From an uncultured Trueperaceae bacterium (GTDB lineage Bacteria; Deinococcota; Deinococci; Deinococcales; Trueperaceae), in contig CAVSGP010000009.1 of NCBI GenBank assembly GCA_963727505.1, forward strand, positions 640,001 through 704,000: a DNA stretch of 64,000 nucleotides. The letters run 5' to 3'. How positions within the stretch are numbered: the first letter of the stretch is position 1; the number at the start of each line of letters is the position of its first letter. Positions 34,483-44,261 of the stretch are shown piece by piece. The position numbers and the translations under genes were made by a program. Below the pieces are notes generated by a model that saw nothing but the letters and a program-made list of their open reading frames with translations, did not search any database and was not told the DNA's origin.

Positions 34483-35274
34483 CTACCTATCCTTGAGATT
34501 GGGGAGCAGGACTTCCTGCGTGAGCCCCGCGCATACGTAGTCCGGGCCGCAGGTGACGGTGGTCTTGGTCGTGATCGCATCGCTCATCGGCACGTCGTAG
34601 GAGACGGCGGGTTGGCCGGGTACGCTGACCTCAGAGCGCGCGACGACCGTCACGATGGCGGTGCGCAGGTACGCGTCCCCCGTCGGGCAGTTCGTGGCGT
34701 CCGGGACGTCCGAGAGGATCGCGCCGTCACTGCAGAGGTATCGGATGTCCAGGGTGAGGATCCCCGGCGCCAGCACATCGAATCCGGCCCCCGAGGCGCT
34801 GGTGTTGGTGAGGCCCGGCGCTCCGCTGCAGGCGGCGTCGGCGCGCTGAAGGGTGTCGCCACTGAACCGGTATCCGACCTCGCGGCACGCCTCGGAGAGC
34901 GACCGGAGCGTCGTGATGTAGGTCGCCGCCATGCGGTCGTGCACCCCCCCATCAATCCCGACCAGGCATGCGTCGAGTCCGGTGCCGGAGTCCGTGGGGC
35001 ATAGCGTCAGCGGCACGGTGGGGGCGAGGATGGCCCCGCTCGGATCGGCGTAGACGTCCGCCCCGGCGAGTTGGAGGTCGCCGGTCACGAGCTGCATGAC
35101 CATGCGTGCCTTGTCCTGCACCTCGCTGCCCGCCTGCGTGCGCCGGTTCAGACGAGTCTGCTGCACGAAGAAGGTCGCCACCATGGAGAGGATGATGACC
35201 AGCACGAAGGCCGCGACCAGCAGCTCGACCAGCGTGAAGCCTGAAGTGCGGCGCGGCCGCGCGGCGGGCCTCAC
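34483..35274 (-). CDS. Type IV minor pilin (Thermus PilA3 position)
   Basis: SG|FTLVELLVAAFVL; DLQLAG; Cys-rich; ends LPNLKDR. Confidence 0.8.
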   Translation of the reverse strand: MRPAARPRRTSGFTLVELLVAAFVLVIILSMVATFFVQQTRLNRRTQAGSEVQDKARMVMQLVTGDLQLAGADVYADPSGAILAPTVPLTLCPTDSGTGLDACLVGIDGGVHDRMAATYITTLRSLSEACREVGYRFSGDTLQRADAACSGAPGLTNTSASGAGFDVLAPGILTLDIRYLCSDGAILSDVPDATNCPTGDAYLRTAIVTVVARSEVSVPGQPAVSYDVPMSDAITTKTTVTCGPDYVCAGLTQEVLLPNLKDR

Positions 35275-35882
35275 GGCGTCTCCGGGTCCGGGCACGGTTT
35301 GGGTGTGCCCAGCTTCGGCGAGGGGTAGACGTCGTAGCAGGTGATGGCGTTGCCCACCGTGAGCGTGATGTTGTTCTGCGTCCCCGTCGCCACGATGTCG
35401 AGCACGCCCTCGGTGTCGTAGCTGGCGTAGGAGGTCGGGGGACTGATCTGCCAATCGACGGTGGTGTTGTCGACGGTCTCCGAGCCGCTGCACGCCCCGA
35501 TGTGGTTGGCACTGTCGGCCTGCGTAGCATCCTGGGTGCGGTAGTCGGTACGCAGGCCGCTCTCGTTGGCTCCGGTGGTGCAGTAGTGGTAGTAGTCCAC
35601 GAACTTGAAGCTGAGGCTGTCTCCGCCCGCCTGGACCAGATCCTCCCAGGAGGAGCCCGACGTGACCGACAGCGCCTTGAGCACGCGCGACGTCTGCTGC
35701 TCGAGCACCTGGTTCGCGGCTGTCTTCACGGTGGTCAGCACCTGCGAGCGCGAGCTGGCCCGCAGCTGGTTGACCTGGGAGAGCGCCAGCGCAAGGAACG
35801 CGATGCCGATGATGGCGAGGGCGATCAGCAGCTCGATGAGCGTGAGGCCACGCGTGCGCGCCCCGCGTTGCGGAGTGGTCAT
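35271..35882 (-). CDS. Type IV minor pilin (Thermus PilA2-like)
   Basis: RG|LTLIELLIALAIIGIAFLALALSQV; C-terminal ITCYDVYPSP...PCP. Confidence 0.8.
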   Translation of the reverse strand: MTTPQRGARTRGLTLIELLIALAIIGIAFLALALSQVNQLRASSRSQVLTTVKTAANQVLEQQTSRVLKALSVTSGSSWEDLVQAGGDSLSFKFVDYYHYCTTGANESGLRTDYRTQDATQADSANHIGACSGSETVDNTTVDWQISPPTSYASYDTEGVLDIVATGTQNNITLTVGNAITCYDVYPSPKLGTPKPCPDPETP

Positions 35883-36368
35883 TGGATGCTCGCCCTCCCT
35901 GTGGCGCTGATGTCGATCGTGCGGCTGTAGCTCCCGCTCGTCTGGCTCACCGTGAGGTCTTGCCAGAAACGCCCCCTCCATCGGGATGCCGCGGCGATCG
36001 AAGCGGATGCGCCCGTTGTTGAGGGTCGTGGCGCTCAGGCTCACCTTGGCGAGGTTGTCCGTCCCGAACGTCTGGGACTCCGTCACCTCGGTCGTGGCAA
36101 AGGTGCCGTCGTCGTCCTCGTCGACCGCGATGCTGTAGCTGCCGTTGCCCGTGGTGTCGAACACGATCTGCGCCGTGCGGTTCTGTCGGATCGCCTCGAA
36201 CCTGGCCTTGGTCACCGCGCCGGAGACGACCTGGGCGCCCTGGTTGACGGCGAAGCGCCCCGCGCCGAGCGCCACGGCGCCGACCGCGGTGAGGATGCCG
36301 ACCACCGCCACCACGATGATCAGCTCGATGAGTGTGAAGCCCGTGGATCTTCGCCTAGGAGCCTGCAT
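35879..36368 (-). CDS. Type IV minor pilin (FimT/PilA1-like); frameshift near 35960 falsely joins it to the next gene
   Basis: TG|FTLIELIIVVAVVGIL, KARFEAIRQN; true C-terminus LTVSQTSGSYSRTIDISATGRASIQ* in a shifted frame. Confidence 0.78.
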
Positions 36369-36444
36369 GCCATCACGCTACGCCGAGGGGGTACCCGGCC
36401 GGCACCACCGAATGGGGGGGAGGCCCACCGGGGGCGGGCGCCGC

Positions 36445-36473
36445 TTGACACGGCGGGCCGCGCTTGCGAGCAT
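36445..36473 (+). promoter_or_regulatory. Promoter for leaderless scpB
   Basis: TTGACA, 17 nt, GAGCAT, 6 nt, GTG 36480. Confidence 0.55.
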
Positions 36474-36479
36474 ACCCAG

Positions 36480-37004
36480 GTGCAAACGCGCGCCCTGCTG
36501 TGTGCCGCCCTGCTCGCCGCCGGCCGGCCCGTCCCCGTGCGGGACCTCAAGCGACTGCTCGAGCTCTCCGAGGAGGCCGTCGGGCGCGAGGTCGCGGCGC
36601 TGCGGCACGCCCTGGCCGAGGCTGACCTGGGCATCCAGGTCGAGGAGGTCGCCGGCGGCTACCGCCTGGTGGTGGCGCCGCGGCTGATCCCGGCGCTGGC
36701 GGACCTGCTCTCCCCGGCGCCACTCCCCAACCTCTCCAATGCCGCCCTGGAGACGCTCGCGCTGGTGGCGTATCACCAGCCGGTCACCCGCGGGGAGCTG
36801 GAGGCGGCGCGCGGCGCGTCCTGCTCCTCGACGCTGGACACCCTGCAGGAGCGCGAGCTGATCAAGGTCGTGGGGCGCAAGGAGGTGGTGGGCAAGCCGC
36901 TGCTGTACGGCACCACCGAGCGCTTCCTGATGGAGTTCGGGTTGCGCTCGCTCGAGGACCTCCCGAGCATCGACGGGCAGCCCGCGGAGTTCCTGCGGGG
37001 TTGA
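36480..37004 (+). CDS. scpB: SMC-Scp complex subunit ScpB
   Basis: LSNAALETLALVAYHQPVTRGE, GKPLLYGTTERFL..FGL.SLEDLP. Confidence 0.93.
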   Translation: MQTRALLCAALLAAGRPVPVRDLKRLLELSEEAVGREVAALRHALAEADLGIQVEEVAGGYRLVVAPRLIPALADLLSPAPLPNLSNAALETLALVAYHQPVTRGELEAARGASCSSTLDTLQERELIKVVGRKEVVGKPLLYGTTERFLMEFGLRSLEDLPSIDGQPAEFLRG

Positions 37005-37076
37005 GGCGCCCTGCCCGCCAGCGGGTGCGTCGCGTCGCACGTCGCGCGGGCACCGGCACGAGGCGTCCGGCTGCGC

Positions 37077-37505
37077 TCAGTGAGCCTCCGCCAGGTATCG
37101 GATGGCCAGCGCGTACCCCGCGGGGCCGAGCCCGGCGATGACGCCGACGCAGGCGGCCGCCGTCAGGCTCCGCCGCCGGAACCCCTCGCGCGCATGCACG
37201 TTGGACAGGTGCACCTCGACCACCGGCACGTCGATCCCGCGATCGCGTCGCGCAGCGCCACCGAGGTGTGCGTGTACCCGCCTGGGTTGAGCACGATGCC
37301 GGTGGCGCCCTCGTCCGCCGCGCCGTGCAGCCAGTCGATGAGCTGGCCTTCGTGGTTGCTCTGCCGGCACACGACGTCGCACGCCCAGCTCCCGCCCCGT
37401 CTCCACGCAGGCGGCCTCGAGATCGGCCAGCGTGGCTCGGCCGTAGACCTCCGGCTCGCGGCGGCCCAGCAGGTTCAGGTTCGGTCCGTTCAAGACCAGG
37501 ATCAT
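37077..37505 (-). CDS. aroQ: Type II 3-dehydroquinate dehydratase (two compensating indels near 37380 and 37238)
   Basis: [26 protein letters not shown] and [16 protein letters not shown] in a shifted frame; [12 protein letters not shown]. Confidence 0.9.
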   Translation of the reverse strand: MILVLNGPNLNLLGRREPEVYGRATLADLEAACVETGRELGVRRRVPAEQPRRPAHRLAARRGGRGRHRHRAQPRRVHAHLGGAARRDRGIDVPVVEVHLSNVHAREGFRRRSLTAAACVGVIAGLGPAGYALAIRYLAEAH

Positions 37506-37522
37506 GCTGCCCACCTCCTCGG

Positions 37523-38583
37523 TCAGCTCGTCCAGGCTCGCTCCTGCTCGCCCGGTGTGACATCGTCGACGACCACGGGCCTGCCGATGTCCTCGAGCAG
37601 TACGAAGCGCTGGCGGCCGCTGCGGTTCTTCTTGTCGCGCGCCATGAAGGTACGAAGCGCTCGAACGGCGCGTCCGGCAGGGGAGCGGGCCGCTCCCAGG
37701 TGACGAGCCTCCGCGTGCGAGCCGTGAGGTCCGTCAGGCCGCGGTTGCGGGCCAGCAGCGCCGCGTAGTGCAGCCCGTAGGCGACGGCGTCGCCGTGGGG
37801 GAGAGCATGGCCGCTCGCCGCCTCCAGCGCGTGTGCGAGCGTGTGACCGAGGTTCAGATGGGCCCGCACGTCGCCCTCCCGCTCGTCGAGCGCAACGATC
37901 TCGGCCTTGACGGCGACCGACCGAGCGATGGCCTCGGCCAGCGCCTGTTCCGGCGCGTCGGGCCCGAAGCCGTCCTCGAAGCGCTCCAGCAACGCCGGGT
38001 CCGCCAGCAGGCCATGCTTGAAGAGCTCCACCGCTCCCTGCCGGAACTCGGCGTCCGGCAGCGTGCGCAGCGTGCGGACGTCGGCGAAGACCGCGCGGGG
38101 CTGCCAGAACGCGCCCGTCAGGTTCTTGCCCTCCGGCAGGTCGATGGCCGTCTTGCCGCCCACGCTGGCATCGACCATGGCCAGCAGCGAGGTGGGCACC
38201 TGGTACCAGGCCACGCCGCGTTGGAAGGTGGCGGCAGCGAAGCCGGCGAGGTCGCCGACCACGCCTCCCCCCACGGCGACCACCGCCGAGGCCCGGTCGA
38301 GGCGCTCGCGCGCGAAGCCGCGCTGCAGCTCGAGCCAGCGCCCGGCGGACTTGCTGTCCTCGCCTGCCGGGACCTCGAAGCGCGTCACCTGCGCCCCGGA
38401 GGCGGCCAACACGCCCTGCACGGCGTCCCCGTAGAGCGGGCCGACGTGCGCGTCGCTGACGAGCGCCAGTCGCTCCTCGCGCACGCTTGCCGCCAGCGTC
38501 TCCAGCACGCCGGCGCCGACCGTGACCGTGTAGGCCGGCCGGACGCGGACGCGGATCAGGTGGGGTGTCGGGTGCTCGCCCAT
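37523..38583 (-). CDS. aroB: 3-dehydroquinate synthase (frameshift near 37650)
   Basis: GGGVVGDLAGFAAA, PTSLLAMVDASVGGKT, LNLGHTLAHALE; MARDKKNR in a shifted frame. Confidence 0.92.
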
Positions 38584-39119
38584 TCCTCCAACCTCTCCAC
38601 GATCTCGTCCACGACGTCCTCCGATTGGCGGGCCTCGGTCGAGACCGTGAAGCTCGCCACGTCCCCGTAGGCGGGACCGCGGGCCTCCATCAACTCCCGG
38701 ATGCGCTCCTCGGGATCTCCGAGCTCCAGCAGGGGACGGCGGTTGCGGCGGGTACGCCGGTAGATCGTCTCGGGGGTGGCGGTCAGGACCACCACGGGAC
38801 CCCGTTGTCTGAGCAGACGTCGGTTCACCTCGCGCTGGGCGGTCCCGCCGCCGGTCGACACCACGACCTCGTCGAGCCGCACGCAACGCCGGATCACCTC
38901 GGCCTCGTAGTCGCGGAACACCTCCTCGCCGTAGAGCTCGAAGATGTCGGCGATGCGCATGTTGCTCACGCGCTCGATCACGCGGTCGGTGTCGATGAAC
39001 GTCAGGCTGAGGCGCCGGGAGAGCTCCCACCCGATCCGGCTCTTGCCGGTGCCCATGAAGCCGGCCATGGCCACCCAGGTGACCGGCCGGTCGGGGGGGT
39101 AGTAGCGGAGGGCGGCCAT
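38556..39119 (-). CDS. aroK: Shikimate kinase
   Basis: GFMGTGKS, GEEVFRDYE, STGGG, RPLL. Confidence 0.93.
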   Translation of the reverse strand: MAALRYYPPDRPVTWVAMAGFMGTGKSRIGWELSRRLSLTFIDTDRVIERVSNMRIADIFELYGEEVFRDYEAEVIRRCVRLDEVVVSTGGGTAQREVNRRLLRQRGPVVVLTATPETIYRRTRRNRRPLLELGDPEERIRELMEARGPAYGDVASFTVSTEARQSEDVVDEIVERLEEWASTRHPT

Positions 39120-39129
39120 GGCACGGGAC

Positions 39130-40287
39130 TCAGAAGTCCGCGACGTAGCGTCGATGGGCGTCGAGGCGCTCCTGCAACTCCCGCACGCTGTCGCCGCCGA
39201 ACTTCTCCAGCACGGCGTTGGCGAGGGTCAGGGAGGTCATGGCGAGGACGACGATCGAGGCGGCCGGCACGGCCGTGTGGTCGGAGCGCTCGCGCGATGC
39301 GTCGGCCGTCTCGTGGGTCACCACGTCGACGGTCGGAAGCGGGCGCATGAGGGTCGCGATCGGCTTCATGGCGGCCCGCACCACCAGCTCGGATCCGGTG
39401 GTGATGCCGCCCTCGAGGCCGCCCGAGCGGTTGCTCTCGCGGAAGTAGCTGCGTTCCTGCTCCCGGAAGATGGCGTCGTGGATCTGGCTTCCCGGTAGCG
39501 TTGCGGCTTGCCAGCCGTCGCCGATCTCGACGCCCTTGATGGCCGGGATGCTCATGACGGCCTGGGCCAGCCTGCCGTCGAGCTTGCGGTCCCACTGCGT
39601 ATGGCTGCCTAGACCGATCGGTACGTTCCGGAAGCGTGACTCCACCACGCCCCCCAGCGTGTCGCCGTCGCGCTTGGCCTGATCGATCCGCTCGATGATG
39701 GCGTCGGCCGCGTCACGGTCGAAACACCGGACCGGGCTGGCCTCGAGGTCGTCGAGGCGATCCCAGTCCATGCCGCCGTCGCAGTCGATGCCCCCCAGGC
39801 TCACCACGCGTGTGCAGGCCCGCATGCCGAGCTCCTCGAGAAGGCGCAGGGCCACCGCTCCGGCCGCCACGCGGCTCGCGGTCTCGCGCGCCGACGCCCG
39901 CTCCAGCACGTCACGCAGGTCCTTGTGGCCGTACTTGATGCCGCCCGCGAGGTCAGCGTGTCCGGGCCGTGGCTCGGTGACGGCGCGCTTGCGGGGCTCG
40001 TTGCCGGGCGCCGGGTCCATGACGGCCTGCCAGTTCTCCCAATCCCGGTTCCGGATCTGCAGCGCCACCGGCGCCCCCGTGGTGCGACCCGCTCGGACGC
40101 CGCCCACCAGCTCGGCGTGGTCGCTCTCGATGAGCTGACGGCGCCCGCGTCCGTAGCCGCCCTGGCGCCTGCGGAGCCAGGGGTCGATGTGAGCGGCTGC
40201 GTCGAGCGCCAGCCCGGCCGGCATGCCATCCAGGATCACGCTCAGGCTCGGGCCATGCGACTCGCCAGCGGAGAAGTACCTCAACAT
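39130..40287 (-). CDS. aroC: Chorismate synthase
   Basis: AGESHG, RRRQGGYGRG, PRPGHADL, ERASARETA, MKPIATL. Confidence 0.96.
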   Translation of the reverse strand: MLRYFSAGESHGPSLSVILDGMPAGLALDAAAHIDPWLRRRQGGYGRGRRQLIESDHAELVGGVRAGRTTGAPVALQIRNRDWENWQAVMDPAPGNEPRKRAVTEPRPGHADLAGGIKYGHKDLRDVLERASARETASRVAAGAVALRLLEELGMRACTRVVSLGGIDCDGGMDWDRLDDLEASPVRCFDRDAADAIIERIDQAKRDGDTLGGVVESRFRNVPIGLGSHTQWDRKLDGRLAQAVMSIPAIKGVEIGDGWQAATLPGSQIHDAIFREQERSYFRESNRSGGLEGGITTGSELVVRAAMKPIATLMRPLPTVDVVTHETADASRERSDHTAVPAASIVVLAMTSLTLANAVLEKFGGDSVRELQERLDAHRRYVADF

Positions 40288-40366
40288 TCCGGTAATGTAT
40301 CACGGCTCGCTCTCCCTACCGACCGTGCTGAACGCGTCTCGAACGCCGTCGGGGAGGAGGGGTCAA

Positions 40367-40402
40367 CGGAAGGTGCCCGACCTCGCGGCCGGGCACCTTC
40401 CG
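40367..40402 (-). terminator. Hairpin downstream of pilQ
   Basis: CGGAAGGTGCCCGACC-TCGC-GGCCGGGCACCTTCCG. Confidence 0.6.
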
Positions 40403-40424
40403 GGATCTTCGGCGGTCGAGCGCT

Positions 40425-41930
40425 CTACTCGATGGTCTGCGCGTTCACGACCAGGATGAGGTCGGCGCTCTTGTTCTGCGTCGAGGTGCTGCCCAGCAGG
40501 TCGCCGATGATGGGGATCGCACCGATGACCGGCAGCCGCTTCTTGTCCACGGTCAGGCTGTTCTGGAGCAGCCCGCCCAGGAGCGCGGTCTGGCCGGGAG
40601 CCAGCGTGACCGTCGAGGTCACCGCGCGCGTGGAGAGGTTCAGGAAGCTCGGGTCGTTGGTGGTGGAGAGCACGTCCTCGATCTTGGCGCTGATCAACAA
40701 CGTGACGCGCCCGTCGTTCGCGATGCGCGGAGTGACGTCCACCTGCACCCCGTAGGGGATGGTGCGCTCGATGTTCTGGTTCGAGCCGGGGATGCTGATG
40801 TAGATGGTGCCGCCCGACTGGATGGTGCCGGTCTCGTTGTCGAGCACGGTGATGTTGCTGTCATCCACGGTGCGCGACAGCCCCTGCTTCTCCAGCGCGT
40901 TGAGCACGGCGTTGATGTTGAGCGGGGACACCGTGTTCATGTCGAAGACGAACTTCAGGCCGGTGTCCAGGATGGAGGCGGCCAGGTTGCCGAAGCTGGC
41001 GTTGGTGATGTCCAGGCCGAGGTCGTAGGCCGTCGAGTTGGTGACCTCCTGGATGCGGACCTGGATGTTGACCTGCTTCTGCGGCAGGTCGAGCTTGGGG
41101 ATCAACTCGGCGATCCGCGCCTGCACCGCCGCCGTCGCCGTCACGATGAGGCTGTTGGTGCGCTTGTCGGCCACGACCTTGAAGTCCTGGCTGCTGGTGC
41201 CCGTCTGCCCACCCGACGCCTGCCCGCTCGTGCCGGCGGCCGGTTGCGTTACAACCCCGCTGTCCTGAAGCGTCTTGGCCAGGTCGGTAGCGTTGGCGTT
41301 GGAGAGCTGGTAGGTGCGCTGCTCGAGCGGTTCGGCCTGCGTGACGGTGTCGAACTGCTGCAGCAGCGACTGGACCTTGTCCTGCGTCTGCTGGGTCGCG
41401 ACCACGACGATGCTCTTCACGCCCGGCAGGGCCTGCACATCGAGGCTGGGGATGGAGCGCTGCAGGATCTGTACGACCTGCGCAGGGTCATTGTTGACCT
41501 TGTAGAACTTCTGCACCGTGTTCGGCGGCGGGGGCGTCTGGGCCTGTGTGGTCTCGGTGCTGGCCGGCTTCTGCTGCAACTTGCTGATCGTCGAGGGTGG
41601 GCCCACCACGACCACGTCGTTGGGGAGCAGGGCGTAGTCGAGATCGTTGAGCTGCAGCACGATGTTCCAGACCTGTCGGAACGGCTTCGGTGAGCCGATG
41701 TCGTACGTGATGGTCTTGTCCGGGACGTCGTTGACGATGGCGGTCAGGCCGATGGACTGCGCCAACGCCGACACCATGGCCCGGAGGGACTCGCCGTTGG
41801 TCCCGGTGGTGAGCTCGACCGTCTGATCGAACTTGGGGTTGTCCGGCAGGGGAGTCAGCTGGGACTGGGCCGACGCGAGCCCCACCAGGGCGAGGAACGT
41901 GAGGAGGACCAGGATACGTTGCATGATCAC
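40425..41930 (-). CDS. pilQ: Type IV pilus secretin
   Basis: Signal peptide; N3 repeats (VADKRTNSLIV); secretin domain LPVIGAIPIIGDLL; last gene of the pilMNO operon. Confidence 0.85.
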   Translation of the reverse strand: MIMQRILVLLTFLALVGLASAQSQLTPLPDNPKFDQTVELTTGTNGESLRAMVSALAQSIGLTAIVNDVPDKTITYDIGSPKPFRQVWNIVLQLNDLDYALLPNDVVVVGPPSTISKLQQKPASTETTQAQTPPPPNTVQKFYKVNNDPAQVVQILQRSIPSLDVQALPGVKSIVVVATQQTQDKVQSLLQQFDTVTQAEPLEQRTYQLSNANATDLAKTLQDSGVVTQPAAGTSGQASGGQTGTSSQDFKVVADKRTNSLIVTATAAVQARIAELIPKLDLPQKQVNIQVRIQEVTNSTAYDLGLDITNASFGNLAASILDTGLKFVFDMNTVSPLNINAVLNALEKQGLSRTVDDSNITVLDNETGTIQSGGTIYISIPGSNQNIERTIPYGVQVDVTPRIANDGRVTLLISAKIEDVLSTTNDPSFLNLSTRAVTSTVTLAPGQTALLGGLLQNSLTVDKKRLPVIGAIPIIGDLLGSTSTQNKSADLILVVNAQTIE

Positions 41931-43063
41931 CGCCTGAGATCCAAGGAGAGGCTCTGCGTGGAGTCGTTGAGCGTGAACACGGCCTCATGGCCGCGGAGGT
42001 CGGTCAGCGTGATCTTGGTGTCGGGGAGGTCCTGTCCCAGCGGCACGACCACGGGCATCTTGTACTGGTTCGAGCGGAAGACGCCGACGCTGACGGGCCC
42101 GAGAACGGTGCCCGTGAATTGGACGTTGTTGTCGCGGAGGTAGCGACTCAGGGAGTCGGTCCCGGCCTGGAGAGGCGCGTTGCCGTTGCCCGTGCCCGCC
42201 TGAGCGGCGGTCTGAGCCGCGTTCGCCTGCCCAGGACCGAGGACGCCGGGCACCGACGGACCCGTGGTGAGGGAGCCGACCTGCGAGATGGTGCCGAGCG
42301 ATGCGGATTCTGCGCCCGTGGGTTCGCGGACGGCCGCGACGGCGCCGAGGTCCTTGGGCGCCGACGAGCTCGCCTGCGCGCGTGTCGACTGCAGCACGCT
42401 CGGCGTGGTGGGCAGCATGCCGGAGGGGAGCGCATGGGGAAGACCACTCGCCTGCGGCGGCGGCGGCGACACCGGCTGCGGTGCCGGCGCCTCGGCCAGC
42501 TTCGGTGGGCTGGCGGCCTGGTTCGAGGGCGCGGCCGCCGTCGTGACCTGCTGCGAGGCCGGCGGCTGAGCCGAAGCCTGCGTCGGGGCCGGTGCCGCTG
42601 GTGGGGCCTGGACCACGATGGGCGAGAAGGGGTTGACGCTCATGCGCTGCGCCGAAGCGGAGCTCTGCGTGCTGCCGGTCGCGGTCGCGGTGCCGGCGCC
42701 GTTGGCGCTGCTGCCCGCGGCAGCCTGGCCCGAGGCGGGCGGCTGCGTCACGAGGAAGGGCAACTCGGAGACCTGGAGGTCGCGCGTGGCAACGGCCGGC
42801 TTGTTCGGCGCCACCACGGGGGCCGCGTTCTGGTTCGCGGGTGTAGCGGCCGTCTGGGCCTGCGAGTCGGGAGCCGATGCGGGGGCCGCTGACGAGGACG
42901 ACGTTGACGAAGGAGCTGCATTGGACGACGCCGGCGGCGTCGTGATCGCCGTCACCGGCGTCGCGGCCGGCTGCTCCTGGGAGAAGAAGTTCACCCAGAA
43001 GAACGCGGCGGCGGCGAGCAGCAGGACGGCGATGAGGATGCGCGCGGTTCTGGAGAGCGTCAT
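41927..43063 (-). CDS. pilW: Pro/Ala/Ser-rich membrane-anchored pilus assembly protein (Deinococcota PilW position, between pilO and pilQ)
   Basis: N-terminal TM, low-complexity linker with NPFSP, C-terminal beta domain FTGTVLGPVSVGVF; assignment relies on synteny. Confidence 0.6.
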   Translation of the reverse strand: MTLSRTARILIAVLLLAAAAFFWVNFFSQEQPAATPVTAITTPPASSNAAPSSTSSSSAAPASAPDSQAQTAATPANQNAAPVVAPNKPAVATRDLQVSELPFLVTQPPASGQAAAGSSANGAGTATATGSTQSSASAQRMSVNPFSPIVVQAPPAAPAPTQASAQPPASQQVTTAAAPSNQAASPPKLAEAPAPQPVSPPPPQASGLPHALPSGMLPTTPSVLQSTRAQASSSAPKDLGAVAAVREPTGAESASLGTISQVGSLTTGPSVPGVLGPGQANAAQTAAQAGTGNGNAPLQAGTDSLSRYLRDNNVQFTGTVLGPVSVGVFRSNQYKMPVVVPLGQDLPDTKITLTDLRGHEAVFTLNDSTQSLSLDLRR

Positions 43064-43653
43064 GGCGTCCCCGCCCCCGGATCCTTGCCCGTGTAGACGT
43101 AGACCGTGAACTGGAAGTTGGCGGTCAGATCGGGGTTGCTGGTGGCGTTGCCCTGGACGTTCAGGCCCACCTGGTGGATCTTGGTGAAGCGCTGCAGGGC
43201 CTCGAGCTTACCGAGGAAGTCCATGGTGTTCACGAACGTACCTGTCGTCGCGATCGTGAAGCCGATCGGCCGGACGTCTTGCACCGTGCCCTGGCCACCT
43301 CCCTGACCGAAGCTGTTGACCGTGACCTGGCTGTCGGCGGCCGAGGTCCTCAACTGGTCGATGAGGCCGGAGATGTCGCTCTCCTTGGGGAGCTGGGCCA
43401 GGAAGCTGCGCCGGTCCTGCTCGAGCTGCGCCACCGCCGCGCGCAGGTCGGGCAGGTTGCGCCTTGCCTGCTCGCCTCGCTGGATCTGGGTGTTGAGCTG
43501 GGCGATGTCGTTCTGCAGCGTCGTGATGTGGTCCTGCGTGGGGCGGTACATGTAGAAGTACCACAACAGGGCGACCGCGATGGAGAGCACGATCGCGAGG
43601 ATCGCGATGTCGCGCTGCCGCAGCTTGCGGAGGCTGAAGTTACCGAAGTTCAT
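43060..43653 (-). CDS. pilO: Type IV pilus assembly protein PilO
   Basis: TM plus coiled coil, LAQLPKE, GTFVNTMDFLGKLE; synteny. Confidence 0.82.
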   Translation of the reverse strand: MNFGNFSLRKLRQRDIAILAIVLSIAVALLWYFYMYRPTQDHITTLQNDIAQLNTQIQRGEQARRNLPDLRAAVAQLEQDRRSFLAQLPKESDISGLIDQLRTSAADSQVTVNSFGQGGGQGTVQDVRPIGFTIATTGTFVNTMDFLGKLEALQRFTKIHQVGLNVQGNATSNPDLTANFQFTVYVYTGKDPGAGTP

Positions 43654-44261
43654 GGCTGGCTCCCGGCCAGGGCGCCGACCGTCAGGCTGTAGCTATAGAG
43701 GTCGCTGGTGCCCTGACGAGACGCGTTCTGGAAGGAGACGCCGTAGCTGTTGGAGGTCTCGAGCGTGTGGATGAACCGCGCCAGCACCTCGGGATCGACC
43801 ACGTCCCCGCTGACGTTGAGCTCGGCGATCACGCTCTTGCCCTCGTACTTGTTGGGGTCGCTGCGCGGCGGATTGACAGCGCTCATACTCAGGCTCTTGA
43901 AGTCGATGTTGGGGCGGGCGCCGGTACCTCGGGGCGGAAGCGTCTCGAGCAGACCGGAGATCTCGCCGGTCCACAGGATGCGGTTCTGGTGGACCGCCTT
44001 CTCCACGGCGATGAGCTGGTTGAGATCGCGCTGCCGCTGCAACAGGCTCTGCTGCTCCTGGAGGTAGGGCTGCAGCAACGCCAGCTGGTCGGAGCGCGCC
44101 TGCTTCTCGGTCTGGAGGTTCTGCTGGGTCTGGTAGGCGAACGTCTGGAAGACGAACGCCAGTCCGAGCACCAGGAGCGGGAAGGCGATCGCCAGGATGC
44201 GCCAGTAGCCGGGCTCGCGGACGCGCCGCAGATTCTTGGGAAGCAGGTTGACATTAATCAA
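43650..44261 (-). CDS. pilN: Type IV pilus assembly protein PilN
   Basis: N-terminal INVNLLP motif, TM, coiled coil; TTG start. Confidence 0.85.
   Translation of the reverse strand: MINVNLLPKNLRRVREPGYWRILAIAFPLLVLGLAFVFQTFAYQTQQNLQTEKQARSDQLALLQPYLQEQQSLLQRQRDLNQLIAVEKAVHQNRILWTGEISGLLETLPPRGTGARPNIDFKSLSMSAVNPPRSDPNKYEGKSVIAELNVSGDVVDPEVLARFIHTLETSNSYGVSFQNASRQGTSDLYSYSLTVGALAGSQP

Noticed and set aside
35271..36368. 365-aa double-pilin fusion in the ORF track
   Set aside because: A frameshift near 35960 bypasses the first pilin's stop; an ATGA overlap at 35879-35882 marks two genes
36862..39030. 722-aa AroB-containing ORF suggesting an AroK-AroB-AroQ fusion
   Set aside because: AroK and AroQ are in other frames; the extension comes from GC-rich open frames plus an indel
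42150..42980. Ala/Pro/Ser/Thr low-complexity stretch as a DNA repeat or CRISPR array
   Set aside because: Protein linker with no regularly spaced identical repeats
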